Assembly (NCBI RefSeq): GCF_009914755.1
Contig: NC_060926.1
Length of the DNA stretch: 64,000 nucleotides
Source of the DNA: the human T2T-CHM13v2.0 reference genome, Homo sapiens
Strand: one strand, 5' to 3'
Position numbers and translations under genes: made by a program. Below the pieces are notes generated by a model, which made no database searches, was not told the origin of the DNA, and was given only the letters and a program-made list of their open reading frames with translations. Within the stretch, counting starts at the first letter, position 1; each line of letters starts with the position of its first letter. Positions 1-13,985 of the stretch are shown in pieces.

Positions 1-441
1 GGCTCAGTCCTGAGAAGGAAGCAAAGCAAGGGGAGGTGGGGAAAAAACCCTGCTGCCTGATCCCACGCTGCCACTCAGACCCTCAGTTGACTGGCAGCAC
101 TGAACAGCTTAAAAAAAAAAAGATGAAAACACAGAAAAACCCAAACACCCACAAGGGGAGACCATGTGTGGAGAGAGCGTGCTGGGAGCCTCAGTAGCCG
201 GTCTCCTCCTGGTGGTAAGGGAGATATTCAGGGGCCTCCCCTGGCCCCGGGAAGTCACCGGAGCCCGAGGGAGCGCCATGGGCCACTGGGCCTCCCCAGT
301 AGTACTTGGGGTCGTATATCTGTGGGCCCAGGCCGAAGGCCTGGCTGCTCTGATGAGCGCCCTGACTGTATCCCATCTTCAGGGACATGGAGGAGTTGTC
401 ACACTTGTCGATTCCCAGCTTGGTGTCATAGATGTACTCAT
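1..441 (-). pseudogene. CNN2: Partial processed calponin-2 pseudogene (3' CDS and start of 3' UTR), continuing off the window start
   Basis: Minus-strand translation IYDTKLGIDKCDNSSMSLKMGYSQGAHQSSQAFGLGPQIYDPKY...EAPEYLPYHQEETGY* matches the CNN2 C-terminus without introns. It is a diverged reverse complement of ~12535-12960. The 5' side is cut by an L1 fragment at ~445. Confidence 0.93.
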
Positions 442-444
442 TCC

Positions 445-880
445 TCCTATCTAGCTGTAAGTTTGTATTTGTTAACCAACCTCTCCCTGTCCTCTCCTCC
501 CTGTTGCTCTCCCCAGCCTATAATAACCAGAATTCTACTCTCCACTTCCATGAGCTCAGTTCGTTTTTTTTTAGCTCCCACATATGAGTGAGAACATGCA
601 AGATTTATAATTCTGTGCCTAGGTTATTTCACTTAATATAGTCTTCCAGCCTGATCCATGTTGCAGCCAAGGACAGGATTTCATTATTTTTACGGCTAAA
701 TAGTACTCCACTGTGAATAGATACTACATTTTTAATCTATTATGTTTTTGGACATTTAGGTTGATTCTAAACTTGGCTACTGTGAATAGTGGCTGCTATA
801 AACATGAGGGTGCAGGTATCTCCTAAATATGCTGATTTCCTTTCCTGTAGATAAATGCCACGTAGTGGGACTGCTGGAAA
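445..880 (-). mobile_element. Old L1 (L1MA-like) 3' fragment
   Basis: Antisense L1 3' motifs: ttagctcccacatatgagtgagaacatgc, gatccatgttgcag..aggatttcattatttttacggctaaatagtactcca, aggttgattc, gtagtgggactgctgga. Confidence 0.8.
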
Positions 881-3800
881 AAGAAAAAATTCTTTTTCTT
901 TAAACCTGATCATGTCTGTCCTCATAAATGCATGTTACACCCATCTCTCGCCATCAATGCCACCCCACCCCGAGCAGTTTTTCACTCTTCTCTTCCCTCG
1001 TTCTCTGCACCCCGTGTGCCTCCATACCCCAGCCTCAGGCCTTTCTATACCACTTCCCATTTGAGGCACTGTGTTTTTATTCAACTTTGGTACTGTCCTT
1101 TGAGAATCTTCAACGTGATTTGGATATGGCACTTTTTATCAGGATGTTACGTCAGAGTTGATAAATTCAAAGTAATATCGTTCTTTTTCCTGCCAAAGTC
1201 AGCTCCTCCTTTCCACTGCACTTTCCTGCCGATGCCACCACTCTTTCTCCTGTTGTGTAGGGAGAACACAGGTCACCTCCCTGGCATGAAATGTGCAGGT
1301 GCTCAATAAAGATTTGTTGAGTACATGAATGAATGTTCTTAGAGGACACCCTTGTACCTGGACTGGTCATTACATAGGTGTAAGTTTTATTCTCTAAAAG
1401 GGGTGAGTGAGAGTTTATACTAAGGTTGTAAGCATCCCTCAGGGCAGACTCTGGATATATAATACAGAACTGCTGAACTTGTGGAATGTGCATGTTTAAT
1501 ACTGAAAATATTTAATGTCACATGTGTAAGACTTTTGCCAACTGGAATCTGAACATCAACAACTTTGAAGGGCTTATTGTACCTTCTCAGCACAAAAATA
1601 CTTTCTACGAATACACAAATTTATGTGCAAACATATAGAAAATTGACTTTAAAGTGTACAACAAATTTATTTTAGCAATTGGGCCTGGGGCACCTAGAAG
1701 GAGAATGAGATTGGAGTGGTAGGGGTGGAACATTAGCTAATAATGCTTTATTTTATTAAAAGTAATTACTGAAAACCAATGCAATAAAATATTAACATGT
1801 TAATTGAAGGGATTGGGAGTATAGTGCTTATATTCTTCTTTACATGTTTTAATATCTTTAAAATTCCTTTTTTTGCTTTTCGTAAGGAAGTCACAGTTTA
1901 ATTGGCAGTATATCTCTAATGGTACATGAAATAATGTCTGATTTCTAAACATTGACATTCTACATTAGATGAAATATATTAACTATTAAGCTTTGATATT
2001 ACACTATAAAATTAATTGAAGAAAGCCACCCCTCTTTTTTCTTTTTTTTTTTAGTTATTATGTGCCCCATATGATCTGCAGGAATTTTTTTACTAGGCTT
2101 TGATCATTTTAAATAAAATCAGAATTTGTTCAAGTTCAGTTAACACTCAGCTGTGAACCCTATGGTACTGGGGTCTTTTTCAATGGGAGATCTCTAAGCA
2201 TTATTCCAGATTATTCTATGCTAATTGATCTATTAATAATTTATAATATATTAGGAAATACATTAAATTTCTTAAAAAGAAAAAGGAAAGAAGTAAAGGG
2301 AAACATTTATTACAATTTAAATAAAGGAATTAGCAGTTGAAAACAAGAAAACCTGTTCTGAGCATCCATACTTCTCGGCAACCAAAACAATCAATGAAAT
2401 CAATGCATTGGGTTAAACAGTTCCCAATTGCCCACTATGTTACCAGGAGAAAAAAACCCTTTATCATAGGGTTAAACTTCGGGAAGGATTTTCCATAAGG
2501 ATCTTAATATAAAGGTTCTTGAATGACATAATGTATAAGGTCTTTGATAGCAACGCTACCCACAGGGCAAAGATGTTTTACTAGTCCTGTTGGTGTCTCA
2601 AATTGGCTCTCGGTAAGTAATCTGGACATATCGTGAAATTATAATTCTGTGTAGACAATTCGACTTACCAGGTTAGAGTGATGCAATCCAAATAGATGGC
2701 TTTCTTCTGATCTCGCTTAACAGAAATCTTGAAAAATCTGGAAAAGTAAATGTTTAATATACCCTCAGTTCTCAACCATTCTTCTTCCCCTGAAAGACAA
2801 CATCACAGGCAGGACATCCTCCCAAGGGTACATGCAATATTATGTACAGTTCCCACGTGAGAAAGCACATCATAATCTTAGTGAGAATGATGTTCTCATA
2901 AGGTCAGTTATACTCAGTGTGCATAGTTGTCCAAGTGTGAGTATGAAACCAAGTCATTCGCAAGTACCACTAGTCTGATTATTAGTAATAATAATCCACT
3001 TGTGACATAGTTTTTCTTTGCTGAAATAAAATATTGTTTTGACACCATGGTTGAAATGTTGGTCTTAGGTCAATGCTCTCTATTATCTGTTGTTGTTGCC
3101 AAGCCTTTGAGAGGTGTTTTATGTGGGGCAAAATGTCCCTTCCTGTGTCTTTGGTCAAAGCAAAGGAGGAGTACAGATGACTGAGAGAGTGATCATGCTG
3201 CTGTGCTCACCTATGCGGTAGACCTTGTTCCTGGGTTGGGAGATGTTTTGTGATCAGGGTGCAGTAGAAAGAGCACACTAGTAGCAGTAAAGAGAGGTGA
3301 CCCTGGCTGCAGTTCTGCCTCTAACTTCCTGAGTGACCTCAGGCTAGTCACGCAGTGACTGCTCCCCGCATTTCTTTTTGTAAGCTGCAAGGATTGAATC
3401 AGACAATAGCCTCTAAGTTTCTTCTGAACTCTCATACTCAGGGATGCCAACGATGTTGGTAATAAAATAATATGAACATGCCAAAAAAATAAAAATAAGG
3501 AAGAGAAGTAGGTATGTAACTTTACTCTGGGACTCCTATGGTATCTCACAACACCATGCTTCATGAACCCCAGAGAAAGCAAAAAATCCAGCTAGTGTTA
3601 TAAATCCTGATCAGCTGAATTCTTTCACATGTTGCAGGCTGACTCAAGTTATTCATCGCAGAGGCCAGCAGCTCCCTGATGCATCCTTCCTTGTCTCTGG
3701 ACAGGGTAAAAATAAGAAATTGGCCATTGTGAGACACTCTGAGTTTTGTGGGATTGAGCAGAGCATATTTTATATTCTTCTCTTGGAACTGCCTCTTGTT

Positions 3801-6169
3801 GGTAGTAAATGGTTGCCAGCACTGTTGTTTCTCAATAGACAAGTCCTAGAAATAAAGATAATTCAATTTTCATTCACTCTTAGCTCTTCTGCTACCAGTG
3901 TTCTTCTTTGACACTGACAGGGCTGCACCTGTCTTCCTGGCCTGACATAGCACTTGTGTGGTTTGCCACTTGCCAGAAAATCCATGAGTCATTCTAAAGA
4001 CCTTTTGCCCAGCAGAGACCACTCCAATGAGCACAAATTGTCTAGTGGTTTTTTTTAGATGGTCTTCCTCCTTGGCTCATTTCTCTCCAAGAACGAAGAT
4101 ATCAAGGTGTTCATTTAACAGCAGCTCGTGAAAGACAATCCAGCTTGGTTTAAATCTTTAAAGGTTTTCATTATAATAGAAAATATAATAGCAAGAGTAG
4201 CATCCTCTGTTACATTGAAATTAAATTACAATTCTTTCACTGTTGGGGTGGCAAGTATAATTCCTATCACTTCTTTGGAAAGCAATACAACTTACTAAAG
4301 ATCACCAAAATGTTTATACTTTTTGGAACCAAAAACCTCACTGAAAAAAATTTATTCCAGGAGTATGATTCAACAGAAAAAAAAAAACCAAGTAATATAC
4401 ATGTGCATGTTTCTCCCTGTGAAAACAACAGCACAGAATTTACTAGACAAGTTTTGAAACAGTTGGCTATGTGGTAACATGGAACAACATTCTCCTATAA
4501 TGTTGAAGGATAAAAGCTTAGAGAATAGAGTATATTCTATGACTGCAACTATGAAAGAAAACATAGATCTACATAGGGACAAAGATGATAAACATGCGAA
4601 AACAGGTGTTAGATTCATGGATTATGTGTATTTTTCCTGCATTCAGATTTATCTTTATTATTGCTTTTTTATGTTCCCCTCTCCTCCCCCCAAAAAATCC
4701 TAAAGATCTTGAATATGCCCCTATCAGTATTTAACATTTCTTCTGAAACTGAGTCTAGATACTCAATCTGCTCCAGTTTTTTGAACAAGATGAGTAGCAA
4801 AGTTATTCTTTCCATTTTTTTGTTTGTTTTTTGTTTTTTTTACAGCCAGACACAGGTCTTGAATTGTACAGCTGACTTCTTTGTTTGGGATACGTTACTT
4901 TCAATCATTTTCCTGATCCTCTGCATGATTTACAGAAGCCGAGTGGGAGGCTTTAGCATTTCCATGGTCCTCCTTCTCCACTATCATGAGATTCTTAGGT
5001 GAATTTTTTTTAGAGCCATTATTCTCCATTTATAAAGGCAGAATGCAGTGGCAGGAGCTGGGACTCTGGGAAACCAACAGCCAAGAATTCAAACTACAGC
5101 ATACTATGAAACACTCAGATAAGATGTCCCCATCATATTCTATTATTGGGCAAAATAAAATGTAAACCATGTGCTCAAAACAGCAAATATTGTGGGTGAC
5201 AGTGACACTGGTATTCGGAAAGATGAAGAAATGCAATTAAGAAACCTGACAAAGAAGTAAACATGCCATGTAGCTTACAAAAGACCAGCCACATTGTGTG
5301 TATTTTAATATTGTTTAACAGTAACACCTAATAAAGAGAGCATCATGATTGTGTGAACTCATTTTCGGTCATAATGAATGCTACAAAATTAACCTCCCGA
5401 GTTTAAATAGGCTACAACGTCTTGGGAAATATGCAAGAAGAGTTATTTGATAAAGGTGACAGATTTTCACACCTGAAAATAATGTTTTTCTCCCAGCCTA
5501 TCTTGATCAACAGCCAGCAGCAACACATTGCAGATATAATCTCAAGACCTTGTGGCATGTACTTCTCACTACATGCATAACTTACTATGGACAGAGGATC
5601 ATGGAGATTTTGAATATAATTTCCCACATGACAGGAGATTAAATAGACCACATTGGAAGAAGCTAGGTCTCTGGAGAACCAAAAAGTAAACTTCAGCCAG
5701 TTCTGGAAGCAGATAAACAGCAAGAAATATACTTTCAGATGGGCTACTTTCTCAATAGTTCTTTCTCGCAAGAGCTCTAGGGAAAGTACGAGTTACTGGG
5801 TAAGAATGTAATAGAAAAGGGGCCAGCCTTGGAAAACTTTGCAATGGAAGAAAATCAGTGTCTCCTCATTTACACCTTTCTTTCTCCTCTTCCTTTGTAA
5901 TGCCACCTTTCTTGGGATATTCCTTCCCCTAGAATACCCTGCCTGTCACCCCACGAGAACCTGCTCTTGAGACTGCATTTCTAATACCTATAATGAGATG
6001 TTATGTCAATGCCTTATCTTTCAGTGTGTGTATATACATATTAAGCTTTCTGTCTATGTTGTGCTTTCTCATGCAGAAATATCAGACATTAATGAACCAG
6101 TAAAGAAGATACTGAGGTGCAGAAGAGCTTTCCCAGTGTCCCAGGAGCCATTCTACACAGCATCCTACA

Positions 6170-6660
6170 GAATGACTGTGGATCTGCTGTGCTTAGTTTC
6201 TTTACTTGTGAAAACAGAGTAATAGTAGCACCTACCTCACAGGGTTGTTCTGAAGATTAGAGGGGTTCTTTCATGGGAAGTTCTAGAGCAGTGCTTGAGA
6301 CATGGTAAGTGCTCAACATGTGTTCATTATTATTATTATCAATATTTGATGTAAAAGCCTTTCTGAAAGAAATCACACAAGAACATGATCAGTTAAAAGA
6401 TATATATGAATGAAAGTATGTTTGGCGCTGTCACAACACAGAGTGGCATAATGGTTAGGAACATAGGCTTTGGAAGTCAACCTTCTGTGCTCAAAGCCTA
6501 GTGTCACCACACAGCCATTGTGGGACACTGGGCCTCAGATTTCTAGCCTGAAAAATGGGGGAACAATGTCTGTCATATAAAGTTGCTGTAAAGATCAAAC
6601 TAGATAAGAAATGTAAAATACTCAACAGTGCCTGACACAAAATAAACACCAATTAATGGT
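6170..6660 (+). mobile_element. Two MIR-like SINE fragments
   Basis: MIR core-like text: cttagtttctttacttgtgaaaacagagtaatagtagcacctacctcacagggttgttctgaagatta; a second copy at ~6440-6660 (ggcctcagatttctagcctgaaaaatggg...aacagtgcctgacaca). Confidence 0.6.
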
Positions 6661-6741
6661 AGCAGGAAGAAAAGAGCACTCTTCACCAACATTTTACCTT
6701 CAGAAATTGGTTAAGAAGAAATGAGTGCTTAGGAACCTTCC

Positions 6742-7290
6742 TGTTAGAGCTGGGAACACAAATAACCCCAAGATATGACCCAACTGAGAAATGAGACACG
6801 AGAGTCAGCAGGTCTCAGGACTAGAGAACATATCATAGATCTGGGGCCAAGGGGACCTCCCAATACCCCAGTCTTGAATTAGCCAGATGTGCCTTTCAGT
6901 CCTTGGCTGAGCTGGACTGAGGCCTCCTCCAAAGGGAGAAATAAATGCACATCCTGAAGAGAGCTGACTCTGAAAGAGAGAGAAACCCACAGAGGCTGAG
7001 TTTCACCAGTACAGCTACTTTCAAGCACATTCCTCAGTTAAGTCATTTCTCTTCCCAAGGGGAGGACTGAATGAACTTATGGTGAGAGGCCGAAAGCTTT
7101 TCTCCTTTATTTTTCCCTCATGGGAGAGGATGGAAGTGCTATCCTTTCTGTGGGAACCTGCAGACTATGGACGTTTCCCCCAGCAGTTGGCATTGACTGA
7201 TTTATCTGCATGTTTCTCTGTTCACATCCTCTATATGAAGAATCGAAGTGGGAATAGCCCACCAAGTAATCTGATAGTACCAAAGCACTA
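6742..7290 (+). mobile_element. Probable old ERV1-class solo LTR (MER34/MER39-like)
   Basis: Begins TGTTAGAGCTGGGAACACAAATAACCCCAAGATATG, resembling the MER34-group 5' end; the right boundary is uncertain. Confidence 0.3.
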
Positions 7291-9172
7291 TTCTAGTTTT
7301 GTATAATTTTTAAGTCTCTTCTTTAAATTTTTTTTTTTTTGCAGACTCCATCCCAGACACAGCATACCAGAGTCTCCAAAGGGCTAAGCTCAGCAATCTA
7401 TTCTCAAGCTCCCAACAGGAGTCTTATATAGTCAGGCAGGCAATGATCATATATGGGGACCATTAGAAATAATCTAATGCATACCCTCTGAACTTCAAAT
7501 TTTTAGTATTCTCATTTTCTGCTCAAGCTCAATTTCAACACAGTTCACAGTTTCTCATATCCACCATGGCATTCTGCCAAGGAACTACAACTCGTGTTCT
7601 CTAAACCCATCTGTTCTAAGAATGCTGGGCTGGTTATCAATTTCTAATGTACCTGCTTAAACTTTCCTCTCTCAATGTGTCCCTGACTGAACTGCAGAAG
7701 ACAGAACAACTGTACTAGCCATCTCTTTCTGCATATCCCATGTCCCCACAGAGGCCACTATGTCTTCATAAAGCTAACTGCCACGATTTTCACAAGTGAT
7801 ATTTTTCCTTCATGATTTTCCATTTTCTACTTGAGCATTAAAATACCAGGGAGAAAAGGAAGATAATCGTTTAGCAGCTGGGAAAACAAGATATGTGCCC
7901 CAGCACAGTACATGCTAAGTATTCAGAATGTATAGTTATAGTAGATAACTATAAATTAGATAACTATTAAAATAGTTATATTAGATAAGTAATATTTTTC
8001 TCATCTTCAAGACTTAAAAAGTTAACTGTTTTAAGTGGTATTCAAAAAAGGAAGGTACTCACTCACATCAACCCAATTAAAACCACATTTCTATAGCTGG
8101 ATGTAACAATCTTAATCCAAATCATTCACCAAAGTTGTTTAACTTTCTTAAAGTAAGGCTCTAGACATTTGCTTCTTTACAAGTATCTTGCAAAGCCATT
8201 ATGGGGTAGAAGAAAAGTTTAAATGCACCACATTTTCCTACTGCATTGTAACTAAAATTACTACTCACAGGACGTGTATAGCTTCTGCATTTTGGTCCAT
8301 CACATTTTCCACCATCAAATGAGTGTACTCTTAAGGTTCTCACTTTATCATCAGCATAACATATTTTGCTTCCAGAATGCCCAGTAAAGCTGAAATTTTT
8401 CATTTAAAGTGATAAAAAAAGTTCCCCAGATATCTACTTAACAATTTTAGGTCTGAGTTTTAGCAAGACAGTTTAATGCATACACAATGAAAACACTATA
8501 TTTCTCACTCTCTCTCACACGCACAGATTAAAACCCCAAAGTTTTCACTATATTTCCTCTTTCTTATACAGCTCAATTTTTAACATGCAGCTTCCTTATA
8601 ATCTAAAAATAATTTTAATATGATTATCATAAAAAATATTTTAAAACAGAGATGAAATGTATAAAGGCAGATATAGATCATCCATCGTTACATTGGTTAC
8701 ATCACATTTCTTTAGAAACAGAACTGTTTCTACTCCTGTAGACAAAATTTTCTCTCACACATTTAAAGTGAGGTTAGTGCTGACATAAAATTATCGCTCT
8801 ACTCACCGTCTGAGTGTTTGCACTGTGTTTGAAGTACGTTTTCTTCATTTTCACAGCCCCACCACTCTTGAGAGTATGAGTCAACAGAAGTTTGCAGGCT
8901 AAAACCATTCAATAATATTTTCATCAATACTGGAATGATAGTAAGTAACATTACACAACATCAGAGGCCAAAAATTTTTCTTTGTTGAAGCCCAAGATTT
9001 TAACTTATTCTTCATTACCTGAAAATACTGCTCATTTAACCTCTTTAGGAAAAAAAAAAATATTCTGTAGATGAATAATTCCTGCCTTAATGCTTCACCC
9101 AAGACAGTTCCTTCATACTTATCCTCCGACGCTTTGTTCTTTTCATCCATTTGATGTAGCAGGCAACAAGAA

Positions 9173-10365
9173 TCACCTTTCCTTTGGTGATCTGACATAG
9201 CGATCTCTTATGTTTTTGCTAATTGTTTGATAAATATTTAGTAAAATTTTCCACGGTATGTATGCACTGTTTTTTGTAGTTCCAATTCTAAAGGTTTTAT
9301 TCATGAATGAACATTGTCATCCTAAAAGAACAATTTCTCAGTGCTTCATAAACAGCTCTAAATGCTGGTTGCTTATCATCATAGTAAACACCTCTGTTCC
9401 CGTGAAAAATAAAGATTCCTTCTTCTGCTTCTTGGCAACTGCTTCCATATAGACAATGATCTGGATGACACTTCCATTGACACGGAAAGACAAAAAGCCT
9501 TTCTGGATTATGAAAAAACATGATATCCAACAGATCTTGATCGCCCATGTAATGTTTAACTTGTACATTTTAAGCCATGTCATAAGTATATCTCCTCATT
9601 GTAGTCACACAGTTGTCATATTATTCTTGAAATACTTCCTTCTCATTCAAGTCATGTTTGTCAACATAACTCCAGAGTTTACTCCAGCTTTTCCACAGTA
9701 TGGATGCCTAGCAAAGCGACTATACCATCCTATTTGACGTTCCTTGTGTTCTGGGGCCATTGCAGAATTTGTGTGGAATTAAATTTCTTTAGTAAAGACC
9801 AAATATTATCAGCTGGTCTTTTAAAAAGGCTATCAGTGTGAGAGTCAACTTCTTTCAGGAATAACGGCAAGGACAATCTCTGCAAACCACATGGTTTAAA
9901 GAGTTTTTCCACTCTACTGCATTCTCACTTGGAAAGGTTATGGAGTATATTGTATAATTAAATATTTGTAGAAATGACCCCTGTCAAGCCTTCCTTTAAA
10001 GCTATGATGTAGTTGATCTTCAGCAAAAATCTGGAATTGAAGAGGTTTGATCCTGAAAATAATAGCTGACTTCAACATCGTCATAGTTTCTTCCAATCTT
10101 TCACCTAGATGCATTTTCTCAACAGGCTGTATTTTCAGACTACACCTGTCCCACCTGCCGGGATGCGCAGCGGGACCAGCGCTGCCCGCGCCTCTCACCG
10201 CACTGCATCCGCCTCCCGCCAGCCAGGAAGCCACTGCGGCCTGAGGCTTCCCGCCACCACCGCGCGCGCCTTCCTCCGGGGACATGGGGAGCTGGCTGAA
10301 GGCGTAAAGGAGCGAGCAGAAGCCTCAGGCCAGACACAGCGCCACCACGCGCGGTAGCGCCGCAT
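9173..10365 (-). pseudogene. GXYLT1: Processed GXYLT1 (glucoside xylosyltransferase 1) pseudogene, CDS-derived part; flanking UTR-derived sequence probably extends on both sides
   Basis: ATG at 10365 (MRRY...). Peptides [100 protein letters not shown] and RDRYVRSPKER* (TGA 9173-9175) are colinear, with no introns and many frameshifts. Confidence 0.95.
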
Positions 10366-10430
10366 GGCCCCAGCCGCGTTCCTCGGTCTCCGTCTCCGCC
10401 GCGCCCGCCTGGCGAACTGGAGCACAGGGA
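10130..10430. promoter_or_regulatory. CpG-rich segment inherited from GXYLT1 exon 1 / 5' UTR
   Basis: GC-rich with many intact CpGs (cgcgcgcgcc, ccacgcgcggtagcgccgc, ccgccgcgcccgcc) in AT-rich surroundings. Regulatory activity is not shown. Confidence 0.45.
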
Positions 10431-10712
10431 CTATAGTTCTGGAAATTTATCCTTTTTCTCTCCATGGATTCAGCAGCAGTGTCTAAAAGAAAAAAATTCA
10501 TCCATCAATCATTTATATATGTTTTAATATAAAGATAAAACACTGCGAACCAGTGGAACTGGATAGAAAGTAATTCAGTTTTACAGAACACATCTGTTTT
10601 TCAGGCACTTACTTTTCTTAAACATAAAAGAGCAATATATATTTCTGTGGAATTCCCCTTTAACTTAAGAATTCATTATCAGCCAATTAGTTTAACGAGG
10701 CTGTTTTGTTAG

Positions 10713-11058
<346 letters not shown>

Positions 11059-11184
11059 TAACATTTTAAACTACCACTTACTATATTCACTGTGTCTGTG
11101 ATTTAACATATATTTTTCAGTGGCCACAAAATTATAAAATGGATACAGAATAGTCTCTTCAAAAAATTAAGGAAGTTCTTTCTT

Positions 11185-11497
11185 TTTCTTTTTTTTTTTT
11201 TTTTTTGTGTGTGTTTGAGACGGAGTCTTGCTCTGTCGCCCAGGCTAGAGTGCAGTGGCCCGATCTTGGCTCACTGCAACCTCTGCCTCCCGGGTTTAAG
11301 GAATTCTCTGCTTCAGCCTCCCGAGTAGCTGGGATTACAGGCGCCCGCCACCACACCCAGCTTATTTTTTTGTGTTTTTAGTAGAGACGAAGTTTCACCA
11401 TCTTGGCCAGACTGGTCTTGAATTCCTGACCTCATGATCAGCCCGCCTCGGCCTCCCAAAGTGCTGGGATTACAGGCGTGAGCCACAGCGCCCGGCC
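11185..11497 (-). mobile_element. Full-length AluS element with TSD
   Basis: Antisense Alu ending in cccggcc; 14-bp TSD GGAAGTTCTTTCTT at 11171-11184 and 11498-11511. Confidence 0.95.
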
Positions 11498-11815
11498 GGA
11501 AGTTCTTTCTTCTTAAAAGGATTATAAATATAATTCGTACTGGCATGACACTTTTACTAATATAGATTGACTTTTTGCTTCAAATAACCCATTCGTACAT
11601 CAAAACTAATTTTGGTCAGTATGTGTGTGTGTGGATGTATGTGTGTGTGGATGTGTGGATGTAAATGGCAGTAAAAGGTAAAAGGGAAGGTGGAAAAAAG
11701 GGAGATGGTCTAACATTTTCCACACATTTTTACACATTTTTTAAATACACAAAAGATATGTAGTAAAACAATGGTGTGGTGAAAACAAAATATTGCGAAC
11801 TAGAAAAAAGACTTA

Positions 11816-13985
11816 GCTTCCGGTCCTGTGGGATCCGCCCCGCGGTGGCGCCCTCCAGCCGTAAGCTCCACGCGTTCAACAAGGGCCCCTCCTACAGGCT
11901 CTTGGCGGACGTCCAGAACAGGCTTCTGTTCAAATATGACTCCCAGAAGGAGGCAGAGCTCCGCAGCTGGATCAAGGGATTCACTGGCCTCTCCATCCGC
12001 CCCGACTTCCAGAAGGGCCTGAAGGACGGGATTATTTTATGCACACTCGTGAACAAACTGCAGCCGGGCTCAGTCCCCAAGATCAACGGCTTCCGTGTAG
12101 AACTGGCACCAGCTAGAAAACCTCTCCAACATCCTCAAGGCAATGGTCAGCTACGGCATGATCCCGTGGACCTATTTGAGGCCAACGACCTGTTTGAGAG
12201 TGGGAACAATATGCAGGTGCGGGTGTCTCTTCTCGCCCTGGCAGGGAAGGCCAAGACTAAGGGGCTGCAGAGCGGGGTGGACATCCGTGACAAGTACTCA
12301 GAGAAGCAGAACTTCAACGACACCACCATGAAGGCCAGGCTGTGCGTCATCCGGCTGCAGATTACCAACAAATGTGCCAGCCAGTCAGGCATGACCGCAT
12401 ACGTCACGAGGAGGCATCTCTACGACCCCAAGAACCGCATCCTGCCCCCCATGGACAACTCGACCATCAGCCTCCGGATGGGTACAAACAAGTGCGCCAG
12501 CCAGGTGGGCATGACGGCTCCCGGGAACCAGTGGCACATCTATGACACCAAGTTGGGAATCGACAAGTGTGAGAACTCCTCCATGTCCCTGAAGATGGGC
12601 TACACGCAGGTCGCCAATCACAGCAGACAGGTCTTTGGCCTAGGCCGGCAAATATATGAACCCAAGTACCAGCCGGGTGGCCCAGTGGCCCACGGGGCTC
12701 CCTCCGCCGGCAACTGCCCAGGGCCAGGGGAGGCCCCTTAGTACCAGGAGGAGACCAGCTACTGAGGCTCCCAGCACGCTCTCTCCACACATGGTCTCCC
12801 CGTCTGGGTGTTGGGTTTTTCTGTGTTTTCATCTTTTTTTTTTTTAACCTGTTCAGTGCTGCCAGTCAACCGAGGGTCTGTGAGCGGCAGCGTGGGATCA
12901 GGCAGCAGGGTTTTTTCCCCCACCTCCCCTTGCTTTGGTTCCTTCGCAGGACTGAGCCACCGGGCTGTGGGGGAAGGGATCAAGGCCGTATCCTGATGCG
13001 TGTAGGGTGAAGGTCCCCGCTGGCACTTCCAGGCTGTGGGCTGAGCTGTGCTGGGGAGAAGAGACCTGGGCATGGAGGGAACCAGTCCCTGAAGATTTCT
13101 GGTTGCCTCTCCTCTTCCCCTTTTTGTCAGCCGATCAGTTTGTGGTTTCTGTACCTGCAAAAGTTTCAGGAAGTATTAACAAAAGAAAGAAAATTTTTTT
13201 CTTCTCCGAGGAATGGGGCGGAGACAGTGGAGAGGGTGCTGGGAAATGAGTTCCCTGGGAGAGGGGGCCCAGCCACGATGCTAAAATATCTCAGGCTCCT
13301 GAGTGGCTGGATTTCCCTAGGACCCTCAGACCAACAGACCTCAGACCCTCAGACCTATGCTGGGGCCCGGTGAGGAAACTGAGACCCGTACAAGTTAGTG
13401 GAATTCTGAGTTGCCAGGATTAAGCCTGACCCCTCTCCATCCTAGCTCCCCCACCTCCGTGGCCCTCAGTAGGGTTTTTTGTTTGTTTTTATTTTTGTTT
13501 TTTTTGAGATGTAGTCTCACTCTGTCGCCCAGGCTGAAGCGCACTGGAGTAATCTCGCCTCACTGCACCTCGGCCTCCCAGCTTAAGCGATTCTCCTGCC
13601 TCAGCCTCCAGAGTAGCTGGGACTACAGGCACCCACCACCACGCCTGCCTAATTTTTTGTATTTTTAGTAGAGATGGGATTTCACTATGTTGGCCAGGCT
13701 GGTCGGGAACTCTTTCCCTCATGTGATCCGCCTGTTTCGTCCTCCCAAAGTGTTGGGATGACAGGCGTGAGCCACCGCGCCCAGGCCCTCAGTAGGTCTT
13801 AAGGAGCCCCGGCCCTCCTTCTCCCCTTCCGGGCCTGACCAGGTCTACTGCTCTATCTCCCCCGGCCCCAGGCCACGCCAAGTACTGCACAGAGCCCTCC
13901 CCCCAGGAGCCCTGCACTATGAGATAATGTGAAATACCGACTGTGGACCAAACGCAATAAAACCTCTGTTTTTAAGAAGAAAATG
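11816..13985 (+). pseudogene. CNN2: Full-length processed calponin-2 pseudogene (5' UTR, CDS, 3' UTR)
   Basis: FNKGPSY...KYDSQKEAELRSWI.G.TGLSI.PDFQKGLKDG.ILCTL.NKLQPGSVPKIN (CH domain) plus three calponin repeats, with no introns. The start codon is mutated (ccGTAagctccacg). AATAAA at ~13956; TSD AAAAGACTTA at 11806-11815 and 13986-13995. Confidence 0.96.
13474..13787 (-). mobile_element. Alu inside the CNN2-derived 3' UTR
   Basis: Antisense Alu with TSD CTCAGTAGG (13465-13473 / 13788-13796), upstream of the retrocopy's AATAAA. Confidence 0.93.

Noticed and set aside
7326-7341. T-tract as the poly(A) tail of the GXYLT1 retrocopy
   Set aside because: No convincing TSD pairing with the 5' end near 10430, so the 3' boundary is left undefined.
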